Source: Saccostrea cucullata (lineage: Eukaryota). From it: a stretch of 64,000 nt of DNA. Positions within the stretch are counted from its first letter, which is position 1. Each line of letters begins with the position of its first letter. Where the stretch lies: contig NW_026918910.1 in NCBI RefSeq assembly GCF_032062105.1, positions 62,001 through 126,000 on the forward strand. The letters run 5' to 3'. The position numbers and the translations under genes were made by a program. The notes beneath the pieces were generated by a model. The model was not told the DNA's origin and did no database searches. It saw nothing but the letters and a program-made list of their open reading frames with translations. Positions 48,744 through 61,339 of the stretch are shown here, in pieces.

Positions 48744-50721
48744 CTGTCATAATTTTAAAAAAGCGGAATAGTTTTTCTGGTATTTTTCTCTTATTATTGA
48801 TGAGAATAAGTTCCATTTACAATTTCCATGTAATTTTTTTAAAAACTTTTCACCAAACATGCTGTGTAATTTCACTTATTTCCATAATATGTAAGAGACT
48901 TCAATTACATCCAGGATACAATCTGACCCGCCTCCGACGTCTCAATTCCATTACCTTTGTCGATTGCATTCTATACGTGGTTAATTACACCTGTAACCAG
49001 ATAACCATCTTACAAAATTACACCTGCAGAAATGAAGATCTCCGATAAAACTTTAATAAAGACCGGAGAAATATATTTGAATGATTCTTTATAACACTTA
49101 TTAGACATTTATACACCTAGCATGTGCTTGAAAAGAATACGTACTTTATATTACATTTAGTAAAGAGAAAAATGAAATTAACTTCCGGGTTCCAGTCCAT
49201 TTTCTGAACAGATTTTTTCCCATACACAATGCGTTTAAAACCTAACCCTAGGATTAACAAATTATACATTTGTGATGAAAGGTCATTCCTTTCTGCAAGG
49301 TGACTTAAAGTTATGAGCCTATGTTTACTTTTCTGCGAATGTTCATTTTTCTGCGAATCGAGTTTTTCCGCGAAAAAAATTCTGGATTGCGTTCAAGATC
49401 GTAGCGGCCAACCTGGCAGCATAGGTGTTATAGATATCCATCTCTACTGAACAGACAGCTAGTTTAGCCGCTAAATTTCAGATTGTAAACTTATTTCTGG
49501 AACAAAAAGACTTTATTTCAAGCGAAAATATAAATCTAAATTTACATTTAATTCTCTCTGGTGTGCAAAATGAAACCCCTTTTAGGTAAGGATGCCATTT
49601 TGGATTTGGTACTTATGCTAGCTCTCTCTTATGTACAATGTAGCGGCTAGGTTAGCTCTCCCTTCAAGAGCGTAGTATCCGTAGCGACTACGAAGCAGTA
49701 ATGCTTTTAAACGCATCCCTTCTTTCTGTGAAAAAACTACTTTTTGTTATTTTATTTCAAGCTACTTCACCCGTCAGCATATTGGCGATGATCCCCTTGC
49801 AACGGAGTTGCGGATAGGATATAGTTACGCGATTGTGCGTGTTCTGTTTGTCCGTGTCGAAACGGAAGTGAATTGCATTTGGACCGATGAAGAGTGCTGT
49901 CTTGATTTATAGATATTCTTTTTGCCAAGGGATGCAAAAGTTTAATATACCATTTAATAGCCTCTGTCTGTTTACTATTGGAAAGTGCATTGGCGGCGAA
50001 AAGGATACAAAAGACGTTATTCAAACAAAACAAACAAAGAAATATTTTTCAAATTGTATTTACAAGAAATTGTCTTTATTAATGTTTTTAGTATAGTAGT
50101 AACCAATAACATGTAATTTTCACAGTCATTGAACCAAACGCTGATATCTAAGTCTTAACAACTCTTGAACATGATATGCCCAGTTTGTACTGGCAATACA
50201 ACATATAAAAGACAACTTGTAGAACTCTTGTTTGGGTAAATCATAATGGTTGCATTGTCTTCGTGGAATTTTGCCTATAAATGAAAATTCAGTACATATG
50301 TATTTACCGGTTTATCAAAAGGAATTTTAAAAGATCTTAGAGTTAGACACAACCGCACACTAGGAACTTGATGCATATTATGTTACACAAATGATTTATT
50401 CCCTAGATGTAAAAAATAAAGTAATAATTTTATCTTCAAACAAGGAAGTTCCTTTGATGACAAATTTTTTATTTAAATTTCTATCCAAAGAAAATCAATT
50501 GCACATGATTGAACTATTGAAATAATCCCGGTAGTAAATGGAACATACAAAAGAATGTCAAATGATTGGCACAAAATATTAACTCCGAACTTGGGTGCCT
50601 TTAATTGGCTGTTCAGAACAAGTGTTTCTTTGTACACGGTATGTAAATATTATATTTTGCTGCGTTTATTTAAACACCGTGTATCATTACCACTCATTGT
50701 GGCGATCTTCAATAAGGATTG

Positions 50722-51895
50722 TCATGAGTCGGGATCGGGTTGCAGTAGCTTGATAACGAAGTCGTTCTTGGAGGCCCCGTGGAGGAATTCCTCACGGCTG
50801 ATCCGCTCATCCTTGTTTATGTCCATGTCAGAGAAGATTTCGTGGGTGAGTTCCTCTACAGACTTTACTGTGGTGGTCGTCATCTTACAGATAGACTGCA
50901 AAAAGTCATAGAAATAAAATCAGAACAAATTCCAGAATAAATAGTTTTTGAAAGTTTGATTTCCAATACAGTTTATGAATAAATATACTGACTTTCCATT
51001 GCTTAATAGCTGGTATTTCAACTTTTGAACTCAATTTATTATACATGTACCTGTTTTGATGAGGTCAAATTTTATAGGTTGAAGTAAAATATATTGGTTT
51101 GCAGGGTTTGGATGTGGTATAAAGATGAAATATTGTAGTACTTAGTCTTCAGTTTATATTTTAACATTTCGTGGTGGATATGGATTTGTGGACCTCTATA
51201 TACATACAAATTAAACCCAACAAAATTATTTATTTCCAGGATATTAAATGCAAGTTAATAAAAGATAAACTCTATTTAATACTTGATCTTACAATAAGGA
51301 TAGGCAGCATTCAAGATTAGTTAGTATAAGCGTTCGAATAAGCTGGCCTGTATTAAGTGAATTTTTCTGAGAGTGTTCGAAGATTAACCTGGTATCCTCC
51401 AAGTTAGCATGCATATATATTCAAGAATCTTGAGTATTAATAGAACATTGTTAATTATTAGAAATAAAACCGAGTGAAGGGGACCCAGGCCTGCATTTAA
51501 AGGTTTACCGTAATGATCTTGCTCATCTCGTCTTTTGTGATAAATCCATCTCCGTTGATATCATAAACGCGGAAGGCCCAGTCCAGTTTTTTGTCCATCT
51601 CCTGAGAACTGGACACAAACAGTCCCACAACAAATTCCTGGAAGTTCACCATTCCATTTCCGTCAGTGTCGAACGTGCGAAACACGTGCTCTGCGAACTC
51701 TCGAGCATCTCCAGAAAATATTTTATCATACACTTCAATAAAGTCTTTCCTGGTGAGTTGAGCTTTACCCGGCGTCAGAGATTCCTGGAAGTCCTTGTAC
51801 CACGTCTTAATATCCTCGTCTGTTAGGTCCGATCCCAGGTGTTTCTGTAACTCCTCTATGGTCTTTGGATGTAATTTTGCCCCCTTGTTTCCCAT
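50722..51895 (-). CDS. Neuronal calcium sensor family protein (neurocalcin/hippocalcin-like), 186 aa
   Basis: Exons 51509-51895 and 50722-50895. N-terminal MGNKGAKL myristoylation-type start; FAEHVFRTFDTDGNGMVNFQEF; KLDWAFRVYDINGDGFITKDEM; DINKDERISREEF; ends LLQPDPDS*. Confidence 0.93.
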
Positions 51896-51984
51896 TTCTT
51901 ATGAAAATAGAGTCCAGAGTCGTTGTGGCTTATGTTAAAACTGAGAAGGACGGAAGTAGTTCTAGATTATGCAATGTGTCTGCC

Positions 51985-51992
51985 TTTTTATA
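51985..51992 (-). promoter_or_regulatory. TATA box of the NCS gene
   Basis: Minus-strand TATAAAAAGG about 90 bp upstream of the ATG. Confidence 0.5.
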
Positions 51993-52314
51993 CCGACTTC
52001 AACACGGTTGGATGATGATGAGCTATCTGATTTTTAAAGAGATAGTGTGTATACAATTGAGGTACTGGCTTGAGGTAAAAACAGGGTATTCATAGAATTA
52101 GCTGAATACCGAAGAGACAATTATTATACACTGGTAACAAAGACAGCATGCAAGCTTTTCGTTTTATATAATGGGGAAATAGCAAGCAAAACTTTGACTT
52201 TATTTATACCCGAAACATGACTGCATGCATGTTTTAAACAGATGCAACCGTCGCCTTGTGACAGAATGTTTATTTAAATACCTTTTTTTCATTTTAAAAA
52301 CACTTGGCTTTTTT

Positions 52315-53123
52315 ACTAGTATGTCCCCGTAAGCTCTGCATATAGTTTTTGGTCTGTCCGTCTGGCTGTTTGCCCGCAAAATCTTCAACCTTGGTCATAA
52401 CTTTTGAAAAGCCAGGGCTTTCATATTTTCTGAATCTTTTCGACAAAGATTTTTCTTTTGACACCAACACTTGTGTTTGAACTTGGAATTTGACCTACTT
52501 TAATAAAATGTTAACCTTGGCTTTTCATTGAACATTGGTGTATTGGCCTTAGCGTTTGACATATATACTTTTCTTATACTTTAACCCTAGCGATGACTTT
52601 TGAATGGTTGTTACCAGGAATTTCATAATTAATAAGTATTTCTTGTGAACAGAACTTTTTTGATGATAAAAGTTTTCGACCACTAACCTTGATCTTGGAG
52701 CATGACCTACTTTTGTAAACTTGATCCTTGGCAATAACTTTGGTGCTATAACTTTCACATATCACATAAGTATTCCATTAGACAAGACCCTTGTTTGAAT
52801 AATAATAGTTTTTACCTATTTGCCCTACCTTTAACAAGATGTGTTCGTGAAACACTGATGCCCCGTATGGCATCATAGCGAAGATTAAACTTTTCTCAAA
52901 TGCAAATTTAATATATTGGTACCAAAAGTATAAGGTATTCTCACTGGAAATACAACTGTGAAATATGAAAGTAGGCCAAGGTTAAAGTACTCATAGTTCG
53001 GAAATCTATAAGGTCAATGTGAAAAGGTCAAGGTTATTGGTATCCAATGAAAGGTCTTGCCACAAAAAATACATGTGAAGTTTGGAAGCCCTAACCCTTT
53101 AAAAGTTATGGCCATGGTTGAAA

Positions 53124-53160
<37 letters not shown>

Positions 53161-54140
53161 AAGGTCTTGCTATCAAATAAAATGTCTTGTTACAAGGATT
53201 AAATATTCAAAGTATAAAATCACTGGCCCTAACACTTTGAAAGTTATGGTCAAGGTTTGCTTTTTAAGTCAAACTCCAAGGTCAAGGTGAAAGGGTCAAA
53301 GTTCTTGGTATCCAATGAAGGGTCTTCTCACAAGGATTACATATGTAAAGTACGCATGAGATCACTAGTCCCTAGCATTCAAAAGTTATGGCCAAGGTTA
53401 AAGTTTTTTTTATAAGTACAAAAATATCCAAGGTCAAGGTCAAAAGTTCAAGGTAATTGGTATCAAATGAAAGGTCTTGCCACAAAGAATACATATATGA
53501 AGTTAGAAAGCCCTAGCCTGAAACCTTCAAAAGTTATGACCAAGGTTACAAATTTTAAAAAGTAGGTCAACCTCCAAGGTCAAAGGGTCAAAGGGCTCGC
53601 TATCAAAGGTTTTGACACAAGGATTAAATATGTAAAGTATTAAAGCAATAGCCCTAACCCTTTAAAAGTTATTGTCAAGGTTTGCTTTTTAAAAGAAGGT
53701 CAAACTCCACGGTGACGGGTCAAAGATCTCTGTATCCAGTGACGGGTCTTCTCACAAGGATTACATAAGTGAAGTATGAAAGCCCTATCCCTTACTGTTC
53801 AAAAGTTATGGCCAAGTTTTTTCATAAGTACAAAAATCTCTAAGGTCAAGGTCAAAACAAGGTTGGTGGTATCCAATGAAAGGTCTTCTCACAAAGAATA
53901 CATATGTAAAGTATAAATGTCCTAGTATCTACTGATATCAAAAGATATGGTAAAAGTAAAAGTTTGGAATTTTTATGTAAAAGTGGGTCAAACTCCAAGG
54001 TCAAAAGGTCAAATTTGGTGGTACCCAAAAGAAAGGTCTTGTCACAAGGAATACACCTGTGAAATATGAAAGCCAAAGCTCCACCAAATCAAAAGTTATG
54101 GGCAAGGTTAAAGTTTTTGCCGACAAACAGACAGACAGAT
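52315..54140. mobile_element. Two adjacent HINE/satellite elements in opposite orientation (52315-52830 +, 52832-54140 -)
   Basis: GTCC microsatellite heads, GGTCAAACTCCAAGGTCAAGGTCA monomers, AACAAGATGTGTTCGTGAAACACTGATGCCCC end. Confidence 0.78.
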
Positions 54141-54254
54141 TTGTTCTATAACAGTATAATATCTCCACTTTACTCACTGTTTAATAATGGGGAAAATTTT
54201 GCATTTTTATGAGTCATGTAATTTAAATAAAAAAGAAGTTACTCTATAACCCTT

Positions 54255-54588
54255 CCCAACAAAGAATGGATCAGTCTGTGACTTACTGGGTAATAAAGTT
54301 ATATACAGTTGTATTCGGTATTACCCAACAAAGCAAAGACAAGTCTGTGACTAAATGGCTTATACATCTATATTTTGAGTATTACAAAACAAAGCATAAA
54401 CAAGTCTGTGATATTACCGAACAAAGCATGGACAAGTCTGTGACTTAATGGGTCATACCTCTATATATTGGGTATTACCCAACAAAGCATGGACAAGTCT
54501 GTGACTTAATGGGTCATACCTCTATATATTGGGTATTACCCAACAAAGCATGGACAAGTCTGTGACTTAATGGGTTATACATCTATAA
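54255..54588. repeat. 61-bp tandem repeat, about 5.5 units
   Basis: AACAAAGCATGGACAAGTCTGTGACTTAATGGG at 54420, 54481, 54542; diverged copies to the left. Confidence 0.9.
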
Positions 54589-54763
54589 GTACGATGTATG
54601 ACAACTGGGCCAAAAAGTAACAATTGCAGGACAATTTTTTTTTGTTTTTGTTCGTTTGTTTAGTGTTCTTTTTCAAAGAAAATTGACATTACATACACAG
54701 TAATCTATATAAAGAACACCCGCTCTAAAAAAAACAATCGGGTTATAGCGAGTCATCAATATG

Positions 54764-54803
54764 ATGACGTCATAATGAGACACGTCATAATGCATGAACG
54801 TCA
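54764..54803. promoter_or_regulatory. CRE/ATF site cluster
   Basis: ATGACGTCAT palindrome at 54764-54773 plus ACGTCA half-sites at 54782 and 54798, about 75-110 bp upstream of the orphan ATG. Confidence 0.55.
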
Positions 54804-54875
54804 CAAAGGTTGCGAACCTTTTCTGTCGGCCAGAAAACATTTGGATTAATCTGCGATTGTAAATCAGCTTAATAG

Positions 54876-56000
54876 ATGGAGGTTTTGGGAGATAAAACGA
54901 TTGAACAGTGTCTTGCAATAAGTTTGTCAGATTATTTATCAAAAACAAAGACTGGAACAATGACCACAGTGGTAAGCTTCAACAGGCACTTATTATTTTG
55001 ATAATTTATTTTTTTTGGGGGGGGTGGGGGGTGGGGGGATTAATTTTTACATTAATCAGTGGCTATGAAATGTATTTAATGTAATCAAGAATTTCCATTC
55101 TAAAATTCTTTTTCATTTACTTTCTAGAGACGAAACATTTTACAAATGGCAATATTTCTCTTTGGAAAAGAAAACACGGATGGATATGGATTTGTGTATT
55201 CCGAAAAGAAAGACGTTGCTGGTAAGACAATGAAATGTATATATGCATACTCGTATATATAAATTCAAAATTTTTTTTTCGATTTGCAAAAAGTTCTAAG
55301 AAGATTACAAACCCGTTGTATATACCGGTATATGTTTTTATTACCAGTGCAACAGAAGAGATTTCTCATCTTCTCCTACTTGTTCCTCGAAGCCCTTAAG
55401 AAAAACACTATTTCGGACAAAGCCATTGCCATTCACAACAGTCTATGGTCTCAACATTTACAGCACCTGGCCAACTGTGGTGAGTTTAATTCTTTGTGTT
55501 TGTTATACCAGATAGTAACTTTTTTATATATTTTTTTATGTTGAAACAGCATTTCATGGAGATTTTTTTTTTTATTTTCAATTTTTCTCCCTTAAACATA
55601 TTAATTGATACTTCCAATTCCGTTCAGAATAATCAGGTATAATTTTCATCAAAACTAATCAAATTTTTTTTCTTCAGGAAATGAGAAGGCAGCAAAGTGC
55701 TTCATAAGAATTTTGGAGGACAGGGAAGAAACTGTTTTCAATGTAAGTACCATCTCTGGGACACTTTCAATATTTAAAGTCGGGCTCAGTGCATCTTAAA
55801 CTGAATACGTGTTTCTTGTTCAGTCTACAGTTATTCATAACAAATCAATTTTATTATTACAGATTAAAAGACTTCAACATCATCTTAAATCCATAGACAT
55901 ACATCATGAAACTGGAATTGAAGAGAAGAAAATTAAGTTCCGCTGTAGGAAACCGAATGTATTTGAGATAATCAGAATAAAGTTGAGAAAACTGTATTAA
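54876..56000 (+). CDS. Uncharacterised 5-exon protein, about 174 aa (136 aa if started at 55146)
   Basis: Exons 54876-54971, 55128-55221, 55348-55479, 55678-55742, 55863-56000. Donors are gtaag/gtgag, acceptors follow pyrimidine tracts, and the frame is open across all four junctions. Confidence 0.7.
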
Positions 56001-56561
56001 CATTTAAATGACTCTCGGGATTCTTTTTCCCCAAAGTTTCAGGACATCAACTGTAAGGAATTCGTATACATGACATGTGGCAGTTCAATTAAATGACATC
56101 ATAACCACTCAGCACCACCACCGCCATCATCATCATCTTATCATTACCACAATCATCATTTCTTGTCATTGGTTTTTTTTTTTCAAATTGGTTTCATTGA
56201 AGAATTATTTCCATATTATAATGCATCTCTTTTAAGGTTTAATCATGTTTTCTTTGTAATTAAAATTGAGATTTGGAGTCATTGATAAGAATTAAACCCA
56301 TTTATCACTTTTTATCCATTATGTTGTTGTTTTCATTCCTACTGCTGTAAGTAATACAAATGTTAAATAACAGAAGGCATACTCTCAGGAATTCCTAAAT
56401 TTGCTTTGGGCCACTGTGTGGGAGAAAAGTGGGATTTTTAGTACAATCTACTTCTTTATTTCATTTTTCTCCCAATGGGCTTTTTCTTCCAACTTTGTTA
56501 AAATGGAATGAATCCCACAGATATTGACAATGAGTCTTTTTTCAATGTACATGATGGGAGA

Positions 56562-58086
56562 AAGAGATGTGTTTTTGAAACACTGATGCCCTCTACGTCA
56601 ACATAGCGAAGATTAAACTTTTCTAAAATGCAGTATATTGGTACCAAAAGAAGGGCATTCTCACTGGAAATACTATTGTGAAGTTTTTTTTTTCATAAGT
56701 ACGAATATCTCCAAGGTCAAAAGGTCAAGGTAAATGGTATGCAATTATGAAAAGTTTTACTACAAAGAATACATAATTATGTAAAGAATGGAAGCCATAG
56801 TCCTAATCCTTAAGAGATTATGACTAAGCCAGTAAGGTTAAAAAGTATGTAAACTCTGGGGTCAAGGTCAAAGGTCTTGCTCTCAAATGAAAGGTCTTAT
56901 TACAAAAATTTAATATGTAAGGTATGAAAGCACTAGCCCTAACCCTTTAAAAGTTATGGTCAAGGTTTGCTTTTTAAAAGTAAATCAAACTCCAAGGTCA
57001 AGGTCAAAAGGTCAAAATTGTTGATATCCAATGAAGGTCTTGTCAAAAGGATTGCATATGTGAAGTATGAACACTCTAGCCCTTACTGTTCAAAAGTTAT
57101 GGCCAAGGTCAAAGTTTGTATAAAGTAGGTCAAGCACCAAGGTCAAGGTCAAATGGTCAAAGTTGTTGATATCCAATGAAAGTTCTTCTCACAAGAATTA
57201 CATATATGAAGTATGAAAACCCTAGGCCTCACTGTTCAAAATTTATGGCCAAGGTTAACGTTTTTTACAGAAGTACAGAAATCTCCAAGGTCAAGGTCAA
57301 TAGATCAAGGTTGTTGGTATCCAATGAAAGGTCTTGCCACAAAGAACTGATATTTGAAATATGAAATTCCTAGTATCTACCATTTAAAAATTACAGCCAA
57401 AGTAACAGTTTAGATTTTTTGTGTAAAAATGGGTGGAACTCCAAGGTCAAGGTCAAAGGGTCAAGGTTCTTGATATCAAATGAAAGGTCTTGTCACAAGG
57501 ATTAAATATGTGATGTATGAAATCCCTAGTCCTAACCCTTCAAAAATTATGTTCAAGATTGTATATGAAGAGTAGGTCAACCTCCAAGGCGAAGGTCAAA
57601 ATTCTTGGTATCCAATGAAGGTTTTTCACAAGGTCTACATATGTGAAGTATGAAAGTCGTAGTCATTACCGTTCAAAAGTTATGACTCAAGGTTAAAGTG
57701 TTCTTCATAGGTACAGAAATCTCCAAGTTCAATGTATCAAGGTCAAGGTTGTTGGTACTCAATAAAAGGTCTTGCCACAAAAAATACATAACTGAAGTAT
57801 AAAAGTCCTGGTATCTACTATTCAAAAGATATGCCCATTGACCTTGACCTTGGAGTTTGGCCTACTTTTAAAAAGCAAACCTTGATCATAACTTTTGAAG
57901 GGTTAGGCTAGTGCTTTCATACTTTTTGATATTTGATCCGTTTGACAAGACCTTTCATTTGATATGATATTTTGAGAATACCCTACTTTTGTTACCAATA
58001 TTTTTTTTTTATTTGCAACCAAGAAAAGTTTTATCTTCGCTATGTTGCCATACGGGGGCATCAGTGTTTTACAAACACATCGTGTT
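56562..58086. mobile_element. Composite HINE satellite block with an internal inversion at about 57838 and element 3' ends at both extremities
   Basis: Left end AGATGTGTTTTTGAAACACTGATGCCC; right end GGGGCATCAGTGTTTTACAAACACATCGTGTT; monomer orientation flips at about 57838. Confidence 0.78.
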
Positions 58087-58129
58087 GTGCCTGCGAAGTT
58101 AAAGATCATGCGTTCGCTATGTGACATTC

Positions 58130-58465
58130 GACATGATGTCATCTGTCCGTCTGTCACAAAAATATTTTAACCTTGGTCATATCTTTTGAATGGGAGGAGA
58201 CGGGTCTTTCATGCTAGTATTACACATGTATATTACTTGTGACAAGACCTTTCTAAATACACAATGATTTTTTACCCGTGACCTTGACGTTTGGCCTACT
58301 TTTCAAAAATTTAAAAATTACATTAATTTGGCTATACATGTACTTTTTGGATGAGAAGAGATGGGGATTTCATATTATACAGGTGTATTACCTGTGACAA
58401 ATCCTTTCTTAAAACACTATGATCTTTTACTCCGTGACCTTGGAGTTTCACTTACTTTTCAACTA
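58130..58465 (+). mobile_element. HINE 5' fragment
   Basis: TGTCCGTCTGTCACA head and two monomers (TTGTGACAAGACCTTTC). Confidence 0.55.
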
Positions 58466-60054
58466 TGTTATTTTTTCCTTGTGAATTTTTAAGAGATAGG
58501 TCTCTCACAGTTGATACACTATACCTAATTAATGACATTTTAACCCCAAAGACACCGAAATTAAGCGGGGGTCGACAATTTATGAAGTTGCTTGTTTTTA
58601 TTTTTTTAGTTCTTAATCACACTTTCTATTTATAAATATAGCTACCTATTTTTGTATACAATGATTAATTTGTATTTCATAGTGCTAATGCCTTTTTTTA
58701 GACCCATGGTCATTAATTCACCAATAATACCCTGGTTGTATTATAGTACATACCCATTGCTTCACCAATTATTCAATACCACATTCAGACTACTTTTTTA
58801 ACATTACCTTGTATTCGAGGATGTACATTGTAGCCTATATCAATTTTTATTACATGGTCGTCACCGGAAGCCTGTTCGGATGGGTCTTTTATTCCACCAG
58901 ATTTTATAGATCTGGGCAATGAAAAAAAAAGCGTTACCAGTGCACTGGAGTGTTTTCCAGATTATCATTCAAGGCGCATTTCCATAGCGATCAAAAAAAA
59001 TAATAACCGCTTTTGAATTGATTTTAATTCAAGCCGTCTGGAATAAAAAGTGTCTTTTTCTTTTCTTTTTTTTTTAATTGAAATGAATTCATGAGAGTAT
59101 TTACATGTACTAGTATTATCTTTGAATGTTTTAGAGTTTTAAACGGTACACATGGCCGTAGGAACCGAGGGAGGGGGAAAGGGGGCGTGTCCCTCCAATC
59201 ATTTTGCCGATATATAGAACACTTACCAGACAATTGTGACCCCCTCATAAAATAACGTCTGATGCCTTTCAGTTTTAATTTCTTTTTATTGTCGAGGAAT
59301 TTTTAGTTGTTGATAGTTACCGAAAATGTATGGTTGCCCCCCCCCCCCCCCTCCGCACTGAAATTGCTTCCTAGCTACGAGTCTGAAAAATGTATATCAC
59401 TACCGCTAGTTGTATCGGTTTGTTCCCATTTCGCTTTAACTGTAAAATTTAGCATTCCCATTTCGCCTTAGAAAGCTCTCAGGTGAATTAAGGTGATGAA
59501 GATTTAATATATTTAGCCTAGAGTATTTAAAAAAAACAAAACTTGGTATTATATGCATTATTTCATTCAGTGTATTCATAAATTCACATTGACTGTTAAA
59601 TTCAATCTAAAAAAAATTATCATTTAAATTATAATATTTACAAATACTAAAATTCCCATTTCGCCTTAGTACTTTTTAACTTTTTCTTATCTGAATTTCA
59701 CAGTTTCACATCCATATCTAAGTAATTCGGATTCTTTAAATACTTATATTATTTTCCACATCAATCTACGAAAAAAAAATTCGGGTAGTACTCATCATTA
59801 TCATACCAGCAATGATAAAAAAAATGCTTTCTTTTCAATGGGTTAGTTTTGTTACCTTTCGTGGGAAAAATATAATTTTAGAGCCCTTTCTTGTACATAC
59901 ACGTATAATTAAAAAAGAGTGGATACCCTATTATTTAAAGTTTCATACAAAACGACCGACTTTAACATTAACAAAGAGCACCATACAAGTTTTGAAAGCT
60001 AAACCGATACCACGTTTTTTCTATTTCTTATGCATACATGACGGGTTTAGTTTC

Positions 60055-60828
60055 ATGTAACCGATTTTTCCTGGGTATAGCTGATTTTTTTGTGTGTAAA
60101 ACCCATTATTCAGAAGTAGACTTCTAATCAGTTTGTCCCGTCTAGAGTAATGAAAAATTAAACTTCATTGTATTATAATACCGGAGTGAAAACTGCACTT
60201 TTTATAACTGTAAACCAAGGTAATGGCTACTTGATAGACATGGAATTCAATATATCAAGGGTATTTACGTTGCCACCAGAATAGATTGACTTAATCATAG
60301 GTGTTTTCAGAAGAAAAACCATAGACAAGACCAATTATGAAATCCAAAACCCTTCTATTATATAATCTGAATCCAGCTGAGAATGAAATTTGCTTTTCTG
60401 CATCATGTTAAATTTTCTGCTTAGATCACAGCAGTGGCGTAGCATCGTTTTTGAAAGTGGGGGGGGCCAGCCAGAGAAAAAAATTTTTGCCCAAAGTCGA
60501 AAATCCTATTTCGTGGGGGGGGGGGGGGGGGGGAAAAAGGTAAACTTTTTCTCAGTGTCAACTACTTTTTGTATCCATACATTTTCGGTACATCACTAAA
60601 AGTCTAAAAGTGGGGGGGATGCCAACCAGGTTTTCAGTTAACATTTCCTTTAGTATAAGTAAGGTACATGGGGTATAGTTTTATGCAACCGAATTTTCCT
60701 GGGTATATAGCCGATTTTTTGGTTTAAACCATTTATTCAGAAGAAGACTCTCCCCCCCAGAGTAATGAAAAATTAAACTTTGTATTATAATACTGCAGTG
60801 AAAACACTTTTTATAACTGTAAACCAGG
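60055..60828. repeat. Pair of approximately 150-bp direct repeats (60055-60220 / 60685-60828)
   Basis: Shared AACCGA..TTCCTGGGTATA..TTATTCAGAAG..AGAGTAATGAAAAATTAAACTT..TATAACTGTAAACCA. Confidence 0.75.
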
Positions 60829-61103
60829 TTTAATTCAAAATGGAAGATTTACGACTACCTGCCATGAATAAAGGGTAACTGTAATTATTTTCATTATGCA
60901 TTGTCACTTTTCGAGGAAATTTTCAAATTTGTAAGATAGTAGAACTTGTACAATTTCATACATAAATAAGAAAGAAATGTTGATTGTCTTGTTTTATTTA
61001 TACATTCTTTGATACTAAAACAAAGTCAATAAATATATATATCCGAGAAAAAATAGTTTTCAAACAATCCAATGATACAAGTACAAAGTAACATTCTCTG
61101 TTA

Positions 61104-61339
61104 TACCATATAAATAGAATTTTTAGCGAGGATTTAATTTTGGCATTATTAGCGAGGGTGTCGAGATTGCTAAAATTGAATATCGCTAAAAAATTAATTG
61201 CATTTTATTTGTTATAACTTCTTTAACGTGCATTTTAAAATCGCTAAAATAACATTTCGCTAAAAATAAATTACCAGTTTTTCAGGACAAATCACTAAAT
61301 TTGCTTCTCACTAAAATTTCTACCGGTACTTATACGGTA
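61104..61339. mobile_element. Short MITE (TTAGCGA/TCGCTAA repeats), related to about 12345-12549
   Basis: TACCATATAA...TTATACGGTA termini; inverted subterminal motifs. Confidence 0.55.

Noticed and set aside
49241-49250. CCTAACCCTA as a telomerase RNA template
   Set aside because: A 10-nt match is plausible by chance in 64 kb, similar motifs occur in the satellite monomers, and I could not identify a pseudoknot or H/ACA domain.
50555-50911. 118-aa plus-strand ORF
   Set aside because: Antisense to NCS exon 2; no independent coding signal.
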